Source: Gammaproteobacteria bacterium (GTDB taxonomy: Bacteria > Pseudomonadota > Gammaproteobacteria > Steroidobacterales > Woeseiaceae). From it: a DNA stretch of 64,000 bases. Positions 58,759-64,000 of this stretch are shown here, piece after piece. Under the pieces are notes generated by a model. The model worked only from the letters and a program-made list of their open reading frames with translations, did no database searches and was not told where the DNA came from. Positions within the stretch are counted from its first letter, which is position 1; each line of letters begins with the position of its first letter. Both the position numbers and the translations under genes were made by a program. The DNA is taken from assembly GCA_037382365.1 (NCBI GenBank), contig JARRPZ010000003.1, forward strand, positions 99 to 64,098. Reading direction: 5' to 3'.

Positions 58759-60623
58759 CACGGCTCCACCCCCTCGTCGGTCCACAGCCGGTTGCCGTCC
58801 TGATCACGGCCCTGGCGTTGATACTGGTCGCGGAACTTGCGCCTCAGCAGACCACCCGGGTCGTTCGGCACCCGACGGAGCCATTGCTCCATCGCCTGCA
58901 TCTGCTCCTGCTCGCTCCGCTCCTCCGCGGTGAGGCCTGCCGCCACCGGCCGGCGCTCCTCGCTGTCTTCTCCGCTCTCGCCCGCCTCGGCGGCCCGGCG
59001 CATCGCCTCCTGCAATTCCTCGATCGCCTCCTGATCGTCCGGGGAAGAAGGGCTCGACGTGCCGTCGGATCCCGCCTGCCGGCTGCCGGCACCGCCCTCC
59101 TGCCGCTCCTGGTCGCCGCTCTGGCCGCCGGAATCGCCAGACTCCGACCCTTCGCCTTCCTCACCGCCCTGCTCGCCGCTGTCGCCGGCCTGCTGCTCGG
59201 CGTCGCTCTGCTCCCGATCCTCGCCTTCGCCGGATTGCCCCTCGCCGCCGCCCTGCTGCTGTTGCTGCAGGGCGCGCCACAGCACCTCCCGGTTATGCCG
59301 CGCGTCCTCGTGTTCGGGTGCTTCCGCCAGCGCCTGCTCGTAGGCCTGGATCGCCGCCTCGTATTCGCCCTGTCGGGCCAGCGCATTACCCCGGTTGTAA
59401 TGGGCATCCGCCGTATCCAGCCCCGCGAACGCCCTGGCGCTGTCCACGTAGTCGCCGGCCCGATAGCGGGCCGCTCCCTGCCAAGCCGGGTCCTCGAACA
59501 GCGCTGCCGCCTCGTCCGCGCGGCCCGCCTCCAGCGCCCGTGCGCCACGCTGGTCCCGATTCAGCCAGAGGTCCTGCCAGTCGGCGGCCCGGGCGGGTTG
59601 TGGCAGGGGCAGCACCAGGATGACGATCATCACCAGCCAGCCGCGGCGGAATGCGAGCGCCGCCAGCGGCAACAGCGCCAGCGTCAGCCATGGCCCCTGG
59701 TCGTGCCAGAGTTCCGTGTAGAACTGCTCGCCGCCCTCCTCTTCGGCGCGGGCCGCGGGTCCCATCGCCGCGAGCAGCGCGCGGAGATCCGCATCATCGA
59801 CGCTGAGGCGACGATAAACGCCCTCGCCGGCCGCGGCGATCTCCCGCAGGATGCCCTCGTCCAGGGCCGGCAGTACCATCCGACCGCTGTCGTCCGTCAC
59901 GAAGCCCCCGTCCGCCTTCGGCACCGGTCCGCCCTCCTCGGTACCGACGCCGAGCACCGACACGCGGTAGCCGTCCCGCCGCAGACTGTCGGCCACCGGC
60001 AGCGGATCGCCGGCGCCGCCGTCGGTGATCAGCAGCACGTGGCCCTGCCTCGCCCCGGCCTGGGTCAGCAGCTCCCGGGCCTTCTCCAGCGCGCGGGCGG
60101 GCAGGCTGCCGCGGCTCGGCATGATGTCGGTGTCGAGACTGCCGATGAGGGCGGCGATGGTCTCCGTGTCGTCGGTGAGCGGCGTCACGGTGAAGGCATG
60201 CGCCGTGTAGACGATGAGTGCGGTCTGCCCGTCCTGACGGCGTTCCATCAGATCCCGCAGTTTCAGGCGCGCCCGCTCGAGGCGACTGGGAGAGACGTCG
60301 GCCGCGTCCATGGAACGCGAGAGATCGAGGGCGACGACGAGGGCATCACCGCCACGATACAGCGGCTGCTTCTGCCGCTCCCATGTCGGCCCCGCCATCG
60401 CCAGCGAAGCCAGTACGGCGATGGCACCGGCCAGCCACGCGGCCGGACGCGTGCGGCGGTGCTCCCCCCGATCCTCGAGCACCCACGGTCTCAGCCGTTC
60501 GTCCACCACCGCCCGCCAGCTGCCGGCATCCAGCGGGCGCCTGGCGCGCCAGGCGATGAGCGCCAGCGCCGCCGGTATCGCCAGCAGCCACAGCGGGCGG
60601 AGGAACTGAAACTCAGCCGGCAC
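58755..60623 (-). CDS. batB: VWA-domain protein fused to TPR region (BatB-BatC-like) with an acidic Gly/Glu/Ser-rich tail
   Basis: The N-terminus is FQFLRPLWLL plus TM helices. The VWA MIDAS is DLSRSM. TPR-like repeats follow (HYNRGNALARQGEYEAAIQAYEQAL), then a low-complexity acidic tail. Confidence 0.8.
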   Translation of the reverse strand: MPAEFQFLRPLWLLAIPAALALIAWRARRPLDAGSWRAVVDERLRPWVLEDRGEHRRTRPAAWLAGAIAVLASLAMAGPTWERQKQPLYRGGDALVVALDLSRSMDAADVSPSRLERARLKLRDLMERRQDGQTALIVYTAHAFTVTPLTDDTETIAALIGSLDTDIMPSRGSLPARALEKARELLTQAGARQGHVLLITDGGAGDPLPVADSLRRDGYRVSVLGVGTEEGGPVPKADGGFVTDDSGRMVLPALDEGILREIAAAGEGVYRRLSVDDADLRALLAAMGPAARAEEEGGEQFYTELWHDQGPWLTLALLPLAALAFRRGWLVMIVILVLPLPQPARAADWQDLWLNRDQRGARALEAGRADEAAALFEDPAWQGAARYRAGDYVDSARAFAGLDTADAHYNRGNALARQGEYEAAIQAYEQALAEAPEHEDARHNREVLWRALQQQQQGGGEGQSGEGEDREQSDAEQQAGDSGEQGGEEGEGSESGDSGGQSGDQERQEGGAGSRQAGSDGTSSPSSPDDQEAIEELQEAMRRAAEAGESGEDSEERRPVAAGLTAEERSEQEQMQAMEQWLRRVPNDPGGLLRRKFRDQYQRQGRDQDGNRLWTDEGVEPW

Positions 60624-61683
60624 GGGCCAGCTCCCCCCCGGCCGCGCGATTGCGCAATCCCGACAACGCTGTGACAGCCATTCCCGCCAGCATCAAAAGG
60701 AGCGCGACGCCAAGCGGCCAGTAGAAAACATCGATCACGGGCCGCATGCCGCCTTCCTCCGTCGCGGCGGGCTCCAGCTCGTCGAGGATTCGATAGATCT
60801 CCTGCAGCGATGCGGTATCGGTCGCACGGAAATACCGTCCACCGGTCACCTCGGCGATGCGCGTCAGCGTCGCCTCGTCGAGATCCATGGACGGATTGAC
60901 CTGACGCATGCGGTTGCCGAGCAACGAGGGGATCTCCATGCGTTCGGCCCCGATGCCTATGGTGTAGACCGTGAGCCCGACCTGGCCGGCCAGCTCCGCG
61001 GCCTTCAGCGGCGCGATGGAGCCGGCAGTATTCGCCCCATCGGTGAGCAGCACCAGCACCTGTTCGCCCGCCTCCCGCCCGGCGCGGCGTTCGTCGTGCA
61101 CCCGCTTGACGGCCAGCGTGATCGCATCGCCGATGGCGGTCTTCTCGCCCGCGAGACCGATGACCGCTTCGAACAGCAGCGTCTTCACGGTCTCGCGGTC
61201 GAACGTGAGCGGTGCCTGCAGATACGCCTGCTCGCCGAACAGGATCAGGCCCAGGCGGTCGCCTTCGCGGCGATCGATGAACTCGCCGGCCACCGCCTTC
61301 GTGGCCGCCAGGCGGTTCACCGTGCGACTGCCCAGCGTGAAGTCCCGCGCTTCCATGCTGCCGGAGAGATCCACCGCCAGCATGAGATTGCGCCCGGTGA
61401 CCGGCGCCTCCAGGGCGTCGCCGGTGATCTGGGGCCGGGCCGCCGCGACGATCAGGAGCAACCAGGCGAGGATCGCGAGCAGCAGGCTCGGGCGGAGCGC
61501 GAATGTCCGCTCGCCACCTTCCGCACTGGGGAAAAAGGTCGTCGATGGCACGCGCAGCGCGGCCTCGGTGGCGGCCGGCGCGGCCGGCAGGAGACGACGC
61601 ACGAGGAACGGCAGGGGGACGAGCGCGAACACCCACGGCCACGCGAACTCCACCGCCTCGAGCAGACCCGGCAGGGTGTTCAC
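60613..61683 (-). CDS. batA: VWA-domain membrane protein BatA-like
   Basis: It has the N-terminus FAWPWVFALVPLP, the MIDAS motif DLSGSM, VLLTDGANT and a C-terminal TM helix. GTG start overlaps the upstream TGA. Confidence 0.8.
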   Translation of the reverse strand: MNTLPGLLEAVEFAWPWVFALVPLPFLVRRLLPAAPAATEAALRVPSTTFFPSAEGGERTFALRPSLLLAILAWLLLIVAAARPQITGDALEAPVTGRNLMLAVDLSGSMEARDFTLGSRTVNRLAATKAVAGEFIDRREGDRLGLILFGEQAYLQAPLTFDRETVKTLLFEAVIGLAGEKTAIGDAITLAVKRVHDERRAGREAGEQVLVLLTDGANTAGSIAPLKAAELAGQVGLTVYTIGIGAERMEIPSLLGNRMRQVNPSMDLDEATLTRIAEVTGGRYFRATDTASLQEIYRILDELEPAATEEGGMRPVIDVFYWPLGVALLLMLAGMAVTALSGLRNRAAGGELARAG

Positions 61684-62159
61684 GGCGCAGCCTCCAGGTG
61701 CCGGAGACGTGCGCGGCAGACCCCCAGCAGTGCCATCGCGTCACCCACGGCCGCCTCCTCCGGCGGCCGGTAGGGTGCCTCCGCCAGGCACCGCCCCGGA
61801 CCATCGCTGAAGGGTCTGCCCTCGAGTCCGCGATCGAGCCACGCGAGCCAGTCGCGGCCGGTCAGTCCCGCCACCTCCCTCCTCGGCTCGACCGTGATCG
61901 CGGCCCTGCGCATCAGCACGGACAGTTCCTTCGCCAGTCGGGCCACGTCCCCGTGATCGGCGTAGTCCTGCTCGATGCGCCGCAGTTCGGCGAGGGCGGC
62001 CCGCCGGACCCGGGTGCGCCGCCGCCACACCAGCCAGACCACCACGCCGGCTGCCAGGAATACGATGCCGGCCAGCACCCACCAGCCCGGGGCCGGCGGC
62101 CACCAGTCCACCGTTTCCGGCAGGTGGATATCACGCAGGGGCAAATCGGCCGGCGACAC
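61680..62159 (-). CDS. DUF4381 domain protein
   Basis: PPAPGWWVLAGIVFLAAG (TM) is followed by a helical domain. It holds the standard position between the DUF58 and BatA genes. Confidence 0.7.
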   Translation of the reverse strand: MSPADLPLRDIHLPETVDWWPPAPGWWVLAGIVFLAAGVVVWLVWRRRTRVRRAALAELRRIEQDYADHGDVARLAKELSVLMRRAAITVEPRREVAGLTGRDWLAWLDRGLEGRPFSDGPGRCLAEAPYRPPEEAAVGDAMALLGVCRARLRHLEAAP

Positions 62160-62169
62160 GTCGTCCTCC

Positions 62170-63129
62170 TCAGCGCGGTCGCTGGGTCAGCACACGGGAC
62201 AGCAGATCCACCGGATCGTCACGAGTGTCCGCGCTCACCCAGCGCATGCGGTAACGGTCGAACAGCGTCGTCATCTCCTCGTAGCGCCGGCGGTAATCCG
62301 CCGCGTAGCGCTCCCGCAGACGACGGTCGTCCGTCTCCAGTGTCGCCTCGCCCCGCGCATCCCGCAGGCGATAGCGTCCCGGCGGGGGCAATGCTTCCTC
62401 CATCGGATCGTGGACGAAGAAGACGATCACGTCGTTGTGCCGCCCGATGTCGGCCAGACAGCGGCGAGCGCCGGCGCCGAAGTCCCGGAAATCGCTGAAC
62501 AGCACCACCAGACTCCCCGTATGGGCCACCCGGCGCAACCCGCCCATCGCGGATTCCGCCGCCTCGGCACTGAGACCCGGATCGAATGCGCGGCGTTCCC
62601 ACACCGGCGCCGAGGATATCTCGTGCAGGAAGCGGAGCACGGCGCGGCGGCCGAGCCGGGGGCGGAGTTCGCGATGGAAGTCCTCCGCGAACAGGAAACC
62701 GCCGACCCGATCGCCGTGCACCATCGCGACCCACGCGAGCAGGGCCGCCGCCCGCGACACCAGCACCGACTTGAACACACCCCGGGTCGCGAAATGCATC
62801 GCCGCCCGCAGATCGAGCCACAGCAGGACCGGCCGCTCCCGCTCCTCGCGGAATAATTTCGTGAACGGCTTGCCGCTGCGCGCGGTGACTCGCCAGTCGA
62901 TGTTGCGGGGATCGTCGCCTTCCTGGTAAGGGCGTGCCTCGGCAAACTCCATGCCCCGACCTTTGAAATGGGAGAGATATTGCCCCCCGCGGCGGGACCT
63001 GGCGCGCATGGCCTCGAGGCTGAGCAGACGGGCCGGCGCCGCGAGGCGGATCAGTTCCGCCTGGGTCACGCGTACCGGGGACCCCTCGCCCGCTGCCTGC
63101 GAATTGCCCGTGCTGCCGCCCGTGCTCAT
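62170..63129 (-). CDS. DUF58 domain protein
   Basis: GMEFAEARPYQEGDDPRNIDWRVTAR is the DUF58 signature, and the gene follows moxR. ATG at 63129. Confidence 0.85.
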   Translation of the reverse strand: MSTGGSTGNSQAAGEGSPVRVTQAELIRLAAPARLLSLEAMRARSRRGGQYLSHFKGRGMEFAEARPYQEGDDPRNIDWRVTARSGKPFTKLFREERERPVLLWLDLRAAMHFATRGVFKSVLVSRAAALLAWVAMVHGDRVGGFLFAEDFHRELRPRLGRRAVLRFLHEISSAPVWERRAFDPGLSAEAAESAMGGLRRVAHTGSLVVLFSDFRDFGAGARRCLADIGRHNDVIVFFVHDPMEEALPPPGRYRLRDARGEATLETDDRRLRERYAADYRRRYEEMTTLFDRYRMRWVSADTRDDPVDLLSRVLTQRPR

Positions 63130-63136
63130 GGCGCGC

Positions 63137-64000
<864 letters not shown>

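Noticed and set aside
55127-60674. The plus-strand ORFs 55127..57244 (705 aa) and 58818..60674 (618 aa), and similar ORFs opposite the Bat operon.
   Set aside because: They are shadow ORFs antisense to the EamA, AraC-MGMT and BatB/C genes. Their composition is dominated by Arg/His/Gln/Pro runs.

Overview
High-GC chromosomal segment from a gammaproteobacterium. All homology calls are motif recognition by eye from the translated ORFs; no searches were run. About 58 protein-coding genes are supported. I recognised no rRNA, tRNA, CRISPR array, IS element, integrase or prophage block. Most of the window is core housekeeping. (1) dsbD-tlpA-aroQ-accB-accC-prmA-(zinc-ribbon/DUF3426)-dusB-fis-purH-purD-moeA, the same order I recall from Pseudomonas. 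(2) rhlB divergent from trxA-rho, as in E. coli. (3) cysQ, a DUF465 protein, trhO and plsB. (4) A trehalose operon, otsB-GH15-otsA-glk, followed by wrbA. (5) A Na+/solute symporter divergent from a fused 5-oxoprolinase/hydantoinase. (6) A long minus-strand run: lipA, sohB, an M48 protease, the four-gene ligase-associated DNA damage response module (exonuclease, ATP-dependent ligase, Lhr-like helicase, PdeM), a DUF429-like protein, a SAM methyltransferase, an L,D-transpeptidase and SapC. (7) gloA, an EamA transporter and an AraC-MGMT fusion. (8) A Bat/MoxR aerotolerance-type operon that runs off the 3' edge. Three loci look most unusual. The first is an apparently orphan, divergent contractile-tail sheath homolog (36215-37777, minus strand) among metabolic genes, with no tube or baseplate partners. 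The second is a four-gene operon with two paralogous membrane GTPase/DUF697-like proteins, a small esterase and a small lipoprotein (27442-31005). The third is the DNA-damage ligase operon extended by translationally coupled DUF429-like and methyltransferase genes (41114-48350). I cannot show that any of these is a new system; they are candidates to test. Many very long ORFs in the track are antisense or out-of-frame shadows typical of high-GC DNA and are rejected.
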